Assembly: GCF_009914755.1 (NCBI RefSeq)
Contig: NC_060926.1
Length of the DNA: 64,000 bases
Reading direction: 5' to 3' (one strand)
DNA from: the human T2T-CHM13v2.0 reference genome, Homo sapiens
Part shown: in pieces, positions 11,311 through 23,420 of the stretch
Numbering within the stretch: position 1 is the first letter of the stretch
Layout of the letters: every line of letters starts with the position of its first letter
Position numbers and translations under genes: made by a program
Notes under the pieces: model-generated
Database searches by the model: none
What the model was told of the DNA's origin: nothing
Seen by the model: the letters and a program-made list of their open reading frames with translations, nothing else

Positions 11311-14300
11311 AAATATTTATGTATTAATGGGACATCTCTCCCAGATATGCAATAACAGGCCAAAGAGATTTAAATATATTCATGAATTATAAATGTGGCT
11401 TCTCTTATTGTCGCTAATGCTTTATTTTGATGATCACTGAGAAATCTCTGATGAAATTTTATATTAATGTAAATGTAGAGAATAGTATCAATGACTAATA
11501 TGGTTAAATGTCTTTTTATATAATTTGTTCAAAATTTATATAAAAGGTAAATGCAGTCATCTCATCCATTTACTAAAATGTGAAAAAAAGAGAAACATAA
11601 TTAATTTGTATATTTCATGGATTTAAGAATTTTGCATTCCCTCTACACTATATAATAAACTAAAATAAGACATTTTTAAAAAATTAAAGCAATCTGCAAC
11701 ATGTTTTTCTCTTAGCAGTGCTGAAATGTGAATAATGTAATTAATTAAAATTTACTTTCATCCTTTTCTTTCTTTGTCCCAGCACGTGACAAAGAAACAA
11801 GTGAAAGAGAATAACTTGTTAAAAAAGATTTAACTTGTTAAAAAAAGCAAGTAAAAGAGAATAAGGGAGGGGGAGCTAAAATAATGGCATACACACAAAT
11901 AAGCTTAAGTCTTTAAGTCTTGAATCTTCAAAGATTAACTCCGACGTGTAGGTAAAATTAAGCCGATGTAGCCAGTTCATTATATTGGGCCCAGGGGCAT
12001 AAGGAACTCGGTTCAATGGAAAACTTCAGTAGGACTGACAGTGGTCTACTACAAGCAAGGAGAGCAAGAATGCACACCTTCATCACAATACAAAGGCTTT
12101 TGACTTTTGCTGGCATTTTTAACCTATAAATGATTTGGAAGCTACTGATTATTCTAGCAAGGAAATAGAGCAGTACAACAGTTATGACCCATTTCATATT
12201 TATATTCACTTCTTTCTCACTTCTGAGATTCATTTAGCCAAATGGCTATAGAAAAATCCCTGGGACTCTTGCACTTATAAAGCATGTTACCTTAAAGGAC
12301 CACTGAAAAGTAGTTTTTAATCCTTCCTCTCTCTTCTAGCATTTGGTAAGATACGGTGGTCTCTAGAAGTTTTCCACATGGTCTGCTTTGTCCCTGTAGA
12401 TTTATCAAGAATCCTATGAATCTTCTTGTTTTTTGTTGTCTAATATGTATTGTGGTAACTTCGGTAAACACGAGCTATCAAATGTTTGGACAGTTAGTAA
12501 CCTATTTCTGCACTATGCTCTAAATCAATTTGTTCATATCTGATGATAATTCAGATGATAATTCATTGTGGAAAATGAACAGTTACTACTAAAGGCATAT
12601 TCTAGTGCCTTGTCACATAGAAAAAATAAATGCAACTGTTGCTCTCCATTAAAAAGTAAAAAAAAATCTTTAAGATTTTAATTTGTCTTTTGCTGAGATA
12701 GTTATTTTAAACAACAACAGGAAAGGAAATCGCCCTATGTATTATTTATTTATTTTTGATAGTCTTTGATACAGTATCTGTGAAAGAACATCATTTCCTC
12801 AAATTAGAACAAATTTAGATCCAATTAAGAAACACATGGGGAAAATATGTTTGAGACACATTAGACTTCAGTACAGACCAGAGAGGGCTGTCAGTGCAGG
12901 CTTCATCTCTTACCAGCTTCTTGCACCCTCTGTTGCTTCCTCCATTCTCCTCTGTATTTCTCCTCCCACTTACCCTTCTTTATTGCCTCTGTGCCTTGCT
13001 CTTCCAGCTCCTGAATTATCCTTGTAGGGGCCCTCCCCACCCCCAGGTAAATGAAGAAGGTCAGGCCAGCAGGGGCCAGGACTTTTTGCCTCATGGGTTA
13101 GCATATTACTCAGGAAGGTGTTCAATAAACCACAAAATTTATTTTCAAGTTCTGAATTTCAAAACACAATGTAAAATAATTCTTACTGGCACAAATGTCT
13201 AAGTGTGACTATTTCACCAGAACAGGTTTTGTGTTTCATATTGGCATGATTACTTTTAAATATAACTTTCTAAATTTGTTTGCAAATAAAATTGTATGGT
13301 TTGGCAAAACAAATAATATTTGATCACTAATTTAAAAGACTTTTGTGATGCATCTGGTGATATGATGGGGGCACATTAAGCCATTAAACTTTGCATTGTA
13401 TTTATCAGTTTGCATTGTTTGATTATATCTAATCACACCTTAGCATATGCAAACAGAAGTTAAAGCTTGCAATTACTTAGTACAATGATTCACAACTGAA
13501 GTGCTAAAATAACTAAGCAATTTGAAAGATAGATACATTTTTGAATGTTAATAAATTTTTCCAAGGAGATTTCCCTTTGCAATGGTGACATCCTTCATTT
13601 TTCTTTTTGAAATTGGAAACAGCAATCAATTATTGTCATTAAAGAAAACTGCTCTTGATCTATGTTTTTGCAACTCTGCATGATAAATGGTGTTTAAAAT
13701 CCTAATTCCTGATATAGAATGGGGTTTGGTGGGTGGTGGGACCTTATCTTTCTATTGACAAGTTCACCAAGGCATTAGCATGCCATCAGATGGTCTTTTT
13801 ATCACTCAAATTGTCATTTTTATGAAATTATTTTGTATACTTGAATGAGCTGTTCTTCCACTGTAATCTTATATATATATTTTGGTTCCAAAGTTAACTT
13901 TCAAGGTAAGTTTGTAGTTTCTAGGTAATTTTTCGGGCTGGTTTTATTTCTTCAGTATAGACTGTTAATGTATGTGTATGTCGTCAACTATGAACCTGGC
14001 ACACCAAGGATAAAGTAAGAGTATCATTATAACCTGATGACAATGGAAATTCAGCTTTTGAGCTTTGAGAAAAAGATTGTAAGAAACTACCAATCTTAGG
14101 AAATAATAAAGAAAAAAACATGCTAGTGGTTAAAAAAAAAAACATAGGCTATATATTTAAGATCAGGAGGGGACCATAAGGGATCATTAAACTCCATAAT
14201 GCCCAGCACGCATCATTCTGCTAACCAGAATTGTTAGATGTCCTGTCTTGCAATGATCCTTAAAAAAAAAAAAAACTCTTGGCAAGATGCATTTACTGAA

Positions 14301-15759
14301 TTTCTTCTCACTAAGAGTTTCTGACCAGTCTTTCTGGTTTTCTCATAAATTAAGCTTAAAGTAATAGATTTTAAATTTCTGTCTCCACCCCACCTAGGAA
14401 AGAGTTGCCTAAAATGATCTCATTAGACCAGAGTTCTATACTGTGTCTAATAGATGTGGAAGTTATTATAATTCTAGGCTAGACTTGAAAGTGATTTTGG
14501 ATTTATAGGGGGAAGATTTGACTTTTCCAATACTCAGTTTCATTAATACTGTGAAAAGAAAATTGGAATTGTAGCCTCCTGGGGTGTTTGTGAATTGAGA
14601 TTAGCACACTTTTTTCCCCCATTTGAAAAAAAACAACTCAAAGTTTATTACTTTTTCCCATTTTTTTGCTTCAATACAGTGTAGGCCAGAAGAAACAATT
14701 ATGATGCAATCATTCACAAGAAGCCATGTTTAAATACTACATTTGTAGGAAAGCAGGGACACAATGATTTATATGACATGCATTAATTTCGACTCATGCG
14801 GTGGTTTTGTAAGAAGTGAGGGATGCTGACTGTTTCAAATTCCTTCCCTTCTCCCTCCCACCAATTCCACCCATGCCTGCACATTCTGAAGTACACTTAC
14901 GGAGGTCAGACAAGTCTTGAGAGAGGACATGTCTGACACATCTTAGCCCTTCCCCAATACATCGGAGATTTAGAAAGAACTTGGAAATCAATAAACCTTT
15001 GCTACCTGCCTGGCTGCTGTCTCCGATATTTTCCTCTGCTTCTTTCAAAACCACCAAAGCATGCATTTGAAGGGCAGTTAAGGGGCCACCACTCTGATAT
15101 TGAGACGTTCATTATCTTCTCCAGAGATCTAGGTATTGAATGGGAAGGGATGCTAGACACGGAAAAACTCATCATGTGCCTGCATGATGGAGAAACCCAA
15201 CTAGGACAGGCTGCTACCTCATATGGTACCACATCGAACAGAAGAGACAATGGATGTCCACACTCTGTATGACCTTGGTGACACTGAAGACAAATAAACA
15301 GAGGAACATGCACAATCTCCCTCATCTCCAGGGGAAGCCATAGGATCATGGTATTTACAAATCTTATTCTTCAATTATTCACTATGTTGTAAACTATATG
15401 TCCACAGCTTAGTCATCTATAAGCTTCATAGACTTTTTACATAGTCATTGTATCCTTGTGGTTTGCATCTATTATGGTGCTTACTCCAGCACCATGGTCC
15501 TTACTGTTCCCATGGCCATTCATAGTCTGTTCACAGCTACCTACTCCAATTTGTCTTCCATATTTGTCAAAGGAAGTTAGAGCCATAATATTATTGCTGT
15601 CCCCAACTCCTCACATACCAAAAAGAGTTCAACCTTTATGCCTTGCTCATATAACCTTTTATCTCCTGCCTGTTTAAATAGTACTTATTTCTCGAAGCTT
15701 GGCTCAAATGTCCCATCTTTTATGATTTTTTTTCTCTAAGAAAATCCCCTCCTTCTATC

Positions 15760-16235
15760 AACGAGTATATAATGAGCTATAGTTAACATTCCAGGGACTA
15801 TATGAGGTCCTGAGGGTATAGGAGATAACGAAACAAACTTGATGTATATGTCCTCATGGACCTTAAAATATAGTGAGGCAGAGAGGCATACAAGAAGGAA
15901 TCACACAGTTAAAGTAACAGCTGGGATATGCATGATGAAGGAAAACTGTAGGTACCATGCAGGAGTAGGACAAAGGTTTCTGATTGCAACTGCAGAATCA
16001 GATCTTTCTGAATTAGTGACACTTATGATAAAAATGAGTAGAGAGTCGTCAAGTGAAAGTGGGTAGAGAAGTCTACGAAAAACATGTCGAATGACCTTGA
16101 GGAAACAAAGTTTACTTTTCAGGAATTAAACAACAGTTAGAGTGGTTGTAGCACAGTGAGATTTAAGGGAGAGTGAGAAGAAATTTCAAGGTGGACATGA
16201 AATTTATCACAGAGACTGTAGACTATGGAATAAAG
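15760..16235 (-). mobile_element. L2 LINE fragment
   Basis: Motifs typical of the L2 3' region (gtcctcatggaccttaaaatatagtgagg...). Strongly diverged. Confidence 0.5.
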
Positions 16236-16244
16236 TCATAATAA

Positions 16245-16470
16245 AAAGATGAGCGTATTTAACCCCATAAATAACAATTTTATGTGGCAAAAGCCATAAT
16301 ATCATTAACAAAATGAAAATGACAAAGGAGGGAAATATCTGTAGTACATATGACGGACCAAGAGTAAATACCTCTAAAATACAGAGTGTGTGTCAACTGA
16401 TAGGAAAAAAGACAAACAACCTAACAGAAGTATGGAGAAAACTACACACAAGCAAGTGGAGAAGAGATCT
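16245..16470 (+). mobile_element. Old L1M ORF2 fragment
   Basis: aaatgacaaaggagggaaatatctgtag...gaaaaaagacaaacaacctaacagaagtatgg resembles the end of L1 ORF2. Confidence 0.55.
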
Positions 16471-16878
16471 CAATGCTGGTGAGAATATTCTTAATAATTA
16501 TTTGATTGTTATTAGAAAGTAATCCAATAACATCTATTAAATTTTTTAAAATAAATAAATTCTCTCAACCGTATATCACATCACAAATTTTAACATTAAT
16601 TCTATACTATTGTAAAATCTCACTTAAATGTTTCATCCAATAGTTTTGTCTTTTTTCAACTAGACTGTTGGTCCTTTGACAGTTTCCTGTGACTCTGTTT
16701 CTCTTTCTTATTAGTTCTCTCACCTTCCAAACTCTAATGAAGATTGAACACACTGGCTGAAAACTGCATGTTTTATGTATAGTTAGATGAAAGCTTTTGT
16801 AACTTGATAAATTTTCAAGGGTAAACTAGGTTGAATCTAATCATTAAGAAAGTGTGAAAGTGTGAAAGCCAAGAACTG

Positions 16879-17125
16879 TGTGGCTCACACCTGCAGTCGC
16901 AGCACTTTGAGAGGCTGAAGCCAGGTGTTCAAGACCAGCCTGGGAAAAAGAACAAGATACTGTCTCTAGAAAAAATTAAAACAAATATTAGTTGGGCATA
17001 GTGGTGCACACCTGTAGTCCTAGCTACTCGAGTCCGAGGTGGGAGGACCATTTGAGCCCAGGAGTTTAAGAATAGAGTGAGCCACGATCATGTCACTGCC
17101 CTCCAGCCTGGGAGACAGAGCAAGA
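16879..17125 (+). mobile_element. AluJ-like element with internal deletion
   Basis: Dimeric Alu; ttgagcccaggag is a J-type diagnostic. Confidence 0.85.
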
Positions 17126-18137
17126 AAGTGAGAGACCTTTGATTTTAAAGTTTTGAGTAAAGGTGCTAAGCAAGGGGGTTGAACACTGACATTAACATCT
17201 CATATTTCTTTAACTCACTACTTCTCTAACCCTCAACCTTTGTAATATCTGCAGTAAAAACGATAAATGTAATATTTACTTCATTAAATCAGAAATCACT
17301 TCTTCTGTGCTTTGGAGAATTGGGATCAATATACAATAATGAAAATACTGCATTTGCTTTCCCTATGCTTCAAGGTAATATGTCACTTAATCCCAATGAC
17401 TAAAGTCACTAAGCTATTTAAAGTTAACTGAGTCATCAGTTTGATTCATTTGGATGCCTTATTTACATCAACATCATCTGACACCCACAGTACTGCAAAT
17501 AGTTGACAGCTAACTTGAGCTCTTTTTTCAATTCAGAGTAGTTGTAGAAATTTCTAGGGTGCTTTTCAGTCCTGTTGCTATTGGAATTGAAAAGGGTCTC
17601 TTTACTCAGGCCCAACTTTCCATAATTGTCAAGCAGAAGAAAGCCATATAGGCAATAATTGAGAAAATCAGTTTCAAAACTAGGGACCCCAGAGAGTCTG
17701 TATATGTTTTTCCTCAAAATGTATTACATTCCAGAAAAATGCAAGAAGAGTTATATTTTGAAATGTGGATGATACTCCTTATTAACTGATTTCAACTCAA
17801 CTGAGCTTCTTGATACCAAAATAGCTTCTCTTCCTGGGAGCTCATTGACTACAACACCCAAAAATATATACATCCAGAAATCACTTTTCTTAAGATCCAT
17901 TTCCTTTTTTATATATAGATAATTGAATAATCTATCTTTACAAAATAATGAGATTTATTCCACAGAATTCTTAAGGCCTGAAACTAGAAATTTTTGGAAA
18001 ACCTGGTTTATAGTAAGACAAAAATGGCAACATTATAGCTAGAGTAATGAGGAGTATGTGTGTGCATGTGTGTGAATGTGTGTGCATGTGAATATTGCAG
18101 CATTCCTTCCAATTCTCTCTCAGAAGTTGCTGAGTTT

Positions 18138-18424
18138 GCTGGGCATGGTAATTCATGCCTGTAATCCCAGTGCTTTGGGAGGCTGAGAGAGGAGTATTGC
18201 TTGAAGCCAAGAGTTCCAGACTAGCCTGGGCAACAAAGGGAGGAGACTCTGTCTCTACAGAAAATGTAAAAAAATTAGCCTGGCATGGTGGCGCATGCCT
18301 GTAGTCTCAGCTTCTGGGGAGGCTGAGGTGGGAGGATCACTTGAGCCCAGCAGTTTGGGGGTGCAGTGAGCCATAACTGCAGCACTACACTCCTGCTGGG
18401 CAATAGAGAACCCAATTAAAGAAA
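18138..18424 (+). mobile_element. AluJ-like element
   Basis: Full dimer, diverged; ggaggatcacttgagcccag. Confidence 0.88.
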
Positions 18425-18436
18425 ATGCTGAAGTCA

Positions 18437-18530
18437 TTCTTCTTATCCTTTCCTTTCCTTTTCGCTTTCCTTTTCCTTTTCCCCTTTCACCTTTCTTTCT
18501 CCTTTCTCCTTTCCTTTCCTTCCTCCTTTC
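18437..18530. repeat. CT-rich polypyrimidine low-complexity tract
   Basis: (CCTTT)n-like run, directly visible. Confidence 0.85.
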
Positions 18531-18789
18531 CAAATTAATAGGTAAAGCCAAGCTATTAAATAGTTCCAGGAAACCTTTAGCAATAACTTGGGGGTAAACT
18601 TACTTAACTAAGTAATCAAAACCCTCATCAAAACCTTCTTTCTTACATTCTTCCATATATTTTAACATTACTCAATTGTCAACTTATGCTTAACAGAGCT
18701 ACTATGACTTCCCTGTAACATCTATATTTTGTTTCTTATTTTATGTAGTTAACAGCTATTATTTTTACTATTATTATATGGTAATTGCT

Positions 18790-18950
18790 GTGCTATACAT
18801 TTTACACATAAATTTCATCTAATTTATTTCTCATAACACTATGTGGTGTAGGTATTATCATTACAGGAAAGAAAACTAAGTCTCAAAGAGCTTAGCCTAT
18901 TTAGACTTTATAAATGGCACAGCCAAAATTCAAACTCAGGTCTGTCTATG
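18790..18950 (-). mobile_element. MIR
   Basis: ctcataacactatg...gtaggtattatcatt...gaaaactaagtctc...aaattcaaactcaggtctgtct. Confidence 0.65.
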
Positions 18951-19060
18951 GCTACTAATATTTTATATACTCAGTGTGTCTGCATTTATCACTGTGGATC
19001 AATTTGTTATTGCTTCTGATTTTATTCCTGTGTTAAGTGTAAAAACACTTAGCACTTTAG

Positions 19061-19388
<328 letters not shown>

Positions 19389-21089
19389 TTTAGGTATATT
19401 TTCTAAGCAGTTGCCCAGTTCTAGCCCTTCCAGCCACATTCCTCTTCACCTGCTGCCAACTCTCTGTCCTTTGCTGTGGGAGTTAACATTCCCACAGAAT
19501 CTTAGAAAAGCAGTGAAGAGTGGTAAAAAGAATATCGAATTATGCATTAGGTTCTAGTCTAGGTCCTGTCCTTAACTTTTTGAGTGACAGTTTGCAGTTC
19601 ATTATCCTCTGCTAACATTCCTTTATCAGAAACATGATAATGACACATAAATTATTTATATCCCAGGGTTACTGTGGGCATCAGATCAGGTAGGGCATTC
19701 AGTATGAAAGTATCTGAGGAGGATGAGGACTTTGTAAAAACAGTGATTATCTGATTGTTTTCTCTACATCTTCCACACAGAAGGTACTGAATCAGCAGCT
19801 GTCCCAACAATTATACAGTTTTGCAATATGCACTGCACACAGTGTCTCAATCAGCTGTGGCAGTGACCATCAAGGACATTATCTCCCCGGGAGTAGTTGT
19901 ATTTGAGGACTTCCCTTTCATGAAAAGAGGCCTTGTGAATTCAGGTGGCAAAAATGGTCCTTTGCATTGTAGGGCATGTTGTTTCAGGCCATTAACTGTG
20001 GTGCTGCATGTGGAGCTTGTTTCTGTTTTTCTGTGAGACATTCTATCTTTAATGGATCAGTGCTCTCTGGCTCCTATGGTTGGAGTGAATTACATTTCTC
20101 TCTCTTTCAAAATTTTATTATGATATTTTATGTTTTAGGTGTCATAAAATCAATCATCTAAGACTATTCTTTGGTAATAAATAGCTGACAGCAAGGCTTA
20201 TTATGTTGGTAAAAACTCCTTTGATTAGGTTTCATTGTTTCTTTCTAAAATTGTTAAGTCAATTTTCCCCCACTTCCTTCCCTGCTCTGGAATTGCACAG
20301 TGTACTCCGGATGAAATCCAAAGGAGACTTTCCACTGCAGAGGTGCATGCTGGGTCCTAGGTGCACCCACCCCTCCACCAGGGTGCCCGCACAGCATCTA
20401 TATAAACCTGAGTCATTCTGTGTAATGGGGCAGTGTACAATTTTCCTGATTTAGAATTGGGTCTCTTTGCTTTGGGTGATCATCTTTATATTGCTGTCAT
20501 GAGGCTATTTCTGTCTCAATTTTCTTTTGTTGGGAAAAAGATCAGATTCTTTTTGGTGAAAATGCAATAGCTAAGGTGAAAGATTAGATAACTTCCCCTC
20601 TGAGCCCATTAGAGGGAAGTGTGTCAAGTCTAGCATTAGGAAATACGAAAGACAAGGCATCCATCATGGTGGGGAGGCTGTGTGGGTAGGTGTGCCTGGT
20701 AAGTCATGCTGCTGGGAGTATTCCTGAGTGTCTTAGGAAGGAAGCAGGAAAGTTAATCATTTCTTCTCTCGAAAGCACTCTCCCTTTCTCTCTCTCTCTC
20801 TTTTTGTTTAGTATAAAAAGCCCAATTTTTTTCCCTCCAAAAATAAAGTAAGAAGAGCAGATGATACGTGCCCTCCTCCTACCATAGGAACCTAAATTTA
20901 TCCAGCTAAAGCACTGCTCCTGTCTTAGTGGTCACTGAGAAAAGTTTTATGCTGATAGAATTTAGAAATACTTTGAAAAACTTGCTAGATGCTGAAGTAT
21001 CCATCATTAACATTTCCCTTTCTTGTTTGGGGATATTTCCATTTATGATATGGTTTACTATTTAGTTAGTTTGCTACTACTACTAATAA

Positions 21090-21310
21090 AAGCTAATTTA
21101 TGTTATCAAAGCTTTCCTGTGGTAGACTATGTTAAGTGCTTTAGATGCATTGTCTCATTTTTATCAGTACAGCAATGTCATGAGTATTGAACATTATTCC
21201 TTTCATTTTGCAGATGTAAAAAGCTGAGTACACAGAGATTCAATGACTTGCCTCTAATTACACAGTAGGTGGCCAAATTGAGATTTGAACACAGGCATTG
21301 GGATTTCTCA
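21090..21310 (-). mobile_element. MIR
   Basis: cattttgcagatg...ctgag...cacagaga...tgacttgcct...gatttgaac. Confidence 0.7.
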
Positions 21311-22424
21311 AGTTTACTCAATAAAACAAAATATTTTAGTGTGCTCTTAGATGTGACAACGTCAGTATTTTTCTTTCTCCTATTTTTTTTTAATGTAATT
21401 AATGGCCTCTGGCTATACTGGCATCTTTAATACACCATTTTTAACCTGGAAATGTAAAGTATTCTGGTCTTTGCTATTATATTGCCAGTGTCAGGCTTCT
21501 TATAACATTTTGTTTATGAGTAAGGAGTAACTCATGATGAGAGTGATCTAATCGACAAGTTACTGTGTTGAGATGAGAGCTGAAGGCTAAAGCCAAATGT
21601 AGCATTTGCTGCCCCTTGGAGCATATGTGCCAACAATGAAAGCATATTGGCTCCTCATGGAGGCAGCATGTCCTCTAGATTGGAATTCAGAATATGCTTG
21701 CTGGCTTACCTCTGATATCATCTGAGCAAATGTAATTAATGAGGTACCAAGAGAACGCCACAGGAAGCCAATTTCATTATCAAAACAGGTATTTGACACA
21801 AATTACAAGACAACGTGACTTTATCCTTCCTGGATTTCATGTTTTCATAAGAGGTAAACTTACCTTATATTTTTCTAAACCTGTGCTACATTCCTCCCTT
21901 CAAGGTGGTTAAATATTTCAGAGCATGGATGTGCATCTTGTTATCTTCTTCCAAAGCTCAACAGGACATGTGCCATACTGTTAAAAGGCTATTATATTTT
22001 AGCATCTTCCAATAAAAAATTGTGATGTGAAACCGATTATTAATGCTCTAAGGCTGGATACATACAGGCTGCCTAAAAACTTATGCTGTACTCACTACTG
22101 AACAGAGTTTTCTGTTGCTTATTGTAGGAGGTTTCTGTATCAGCAGCCATCTATTTTTTACAGACTTCAAGTAAATGCTTAATCTCACTTAGCAAACTCA
22201 CTTATATGCTAAGTAATTATTATAAGTGGCCAATCATATGTTAGTTAAAACATTTTAACAGAACCCACTCTGTCTAATACCTAAAGAGACTGTGCTGATT
22301 TTTTACTCAGATCAAATGCATAATGCCTTATGAGCGACCTCACTACAAGGCAGAATAATGCCTCCATTGGCACATAACCAGTGCTAGTAGCAGTGGGTCC
22401 TCCACCTGTCATTGGATGTGTGAT

Positions 22425-22640
22425 AATTATTTGTTAAACCCTTAGTATGTGGTATGTTCCAGACACTCTGCCAAGCATTGTGTATGAATCCTCTTTTTCC
22501 AATCTCATAATTAACCGTATTCTCCCCATTTTACAGACTAGGAAACTGAGCATCAAAACTACTAAGTAAATTTCCCAAGACCAGGAAAGGGCTGCGTCTC
22601 AAATTAGTTCTATATAATTCCAAAGTCCTTGCCATAACTA
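22425..22640 (-). mobile_element. MIR
   Basis: ccccattttacagactaggaaactgag core. Confidence 0.7.
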
Positions 22641-22818
22641 ATATTCATTTCTGGTGGCATGTCACAGTTCTTTTAAAATGTTGTTAAGAGCTTTTCTAAA
22701 GTGTAGCAACCATTATATTGTTAAAAAAAAAAAAAAGTTCAAACCTCAGAAAAGGGTCAAAATAGTTCAATTAAATACAAATTGCTATATTCTAAAAAAC
22801 AAAACAAAAAACATATGT

Positions 22819-22843
22819 ACACACACACACACACACACACACA
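22819..22843. repeat. (AC)n microsatellite
   Basis: Directly visible. Confidence 0.95.
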
Positions 22844-22936
22844 TATGAAATACCTTTTGCTTGTGATTTTGTTTTCTGCTGAACTCCTAGTAGAAACTAA
22901 TTTTGTTGAATAAAAACTGGTTGCTGGGAAAGTTGA

Positions 22937-23420
22937 TGTCAAGTTGACCAAACAAAGATAGGCTTCTTCCTGCCTCTGGGCCCCTGGCCTTCCATTTCTT
23001 AGGGCATTTGTAATTTCAAATACTTTATCTGTCCCTTTGATGTGTAAATATGGAGGACTTGGGAGCCATCTCTTCGTAATATAAACATCAGAGAAGATAG
23101 CGCCCCTATCTCCTAATTTCTGTGGAAAGGGTGGGAGCCTAACTTTAGTGGGCTCCATGCTCCAAACTGTAAAACTATCCCCCTGTCATGAAAACATGAG
23201 ATAGTTTGTTTACATTTCCTTTGGGTGAAGCCCATTTGCAAGCACAGTTGGTCCCAAATCCATCCATCCCAGCACTTAAATACCCTCCAGCCTTTTTTGT
23301 TTGTTTGTTTTCAGTGAGTTGCCCTCGGGCTGAAATCTGGCCCACCTCTCCTATTGCAATAGCCTTGACTAAATCTTCCTTGCCTGTTTAACTTTGTTCA
23401 ATATAATTTTTATTCTGACA
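22937..23420 (+). mobile_element. ERV1 solo LTR (MER67/MER34-family-like)
   Basis: TG...CA termini. Internal motifs ggagccatctctt, gatagcgcccctatctcc, ggagcctaactt, and 3' ttgcaatagccttg...ttccttgcctgtttaactttg...tgaca. Confidence 0.7.

Noticed and set aside
14794-15349. Two overlapping minus-strand ORFs (90 and 115 aa)
   Set aside because: No recognisable homology or domain, different frames, and lengths compatible with chance.
22757-23158. 133-aa ORF
   Set aside because: Runs antisense through an LTR and an (AC)n microsatellite.
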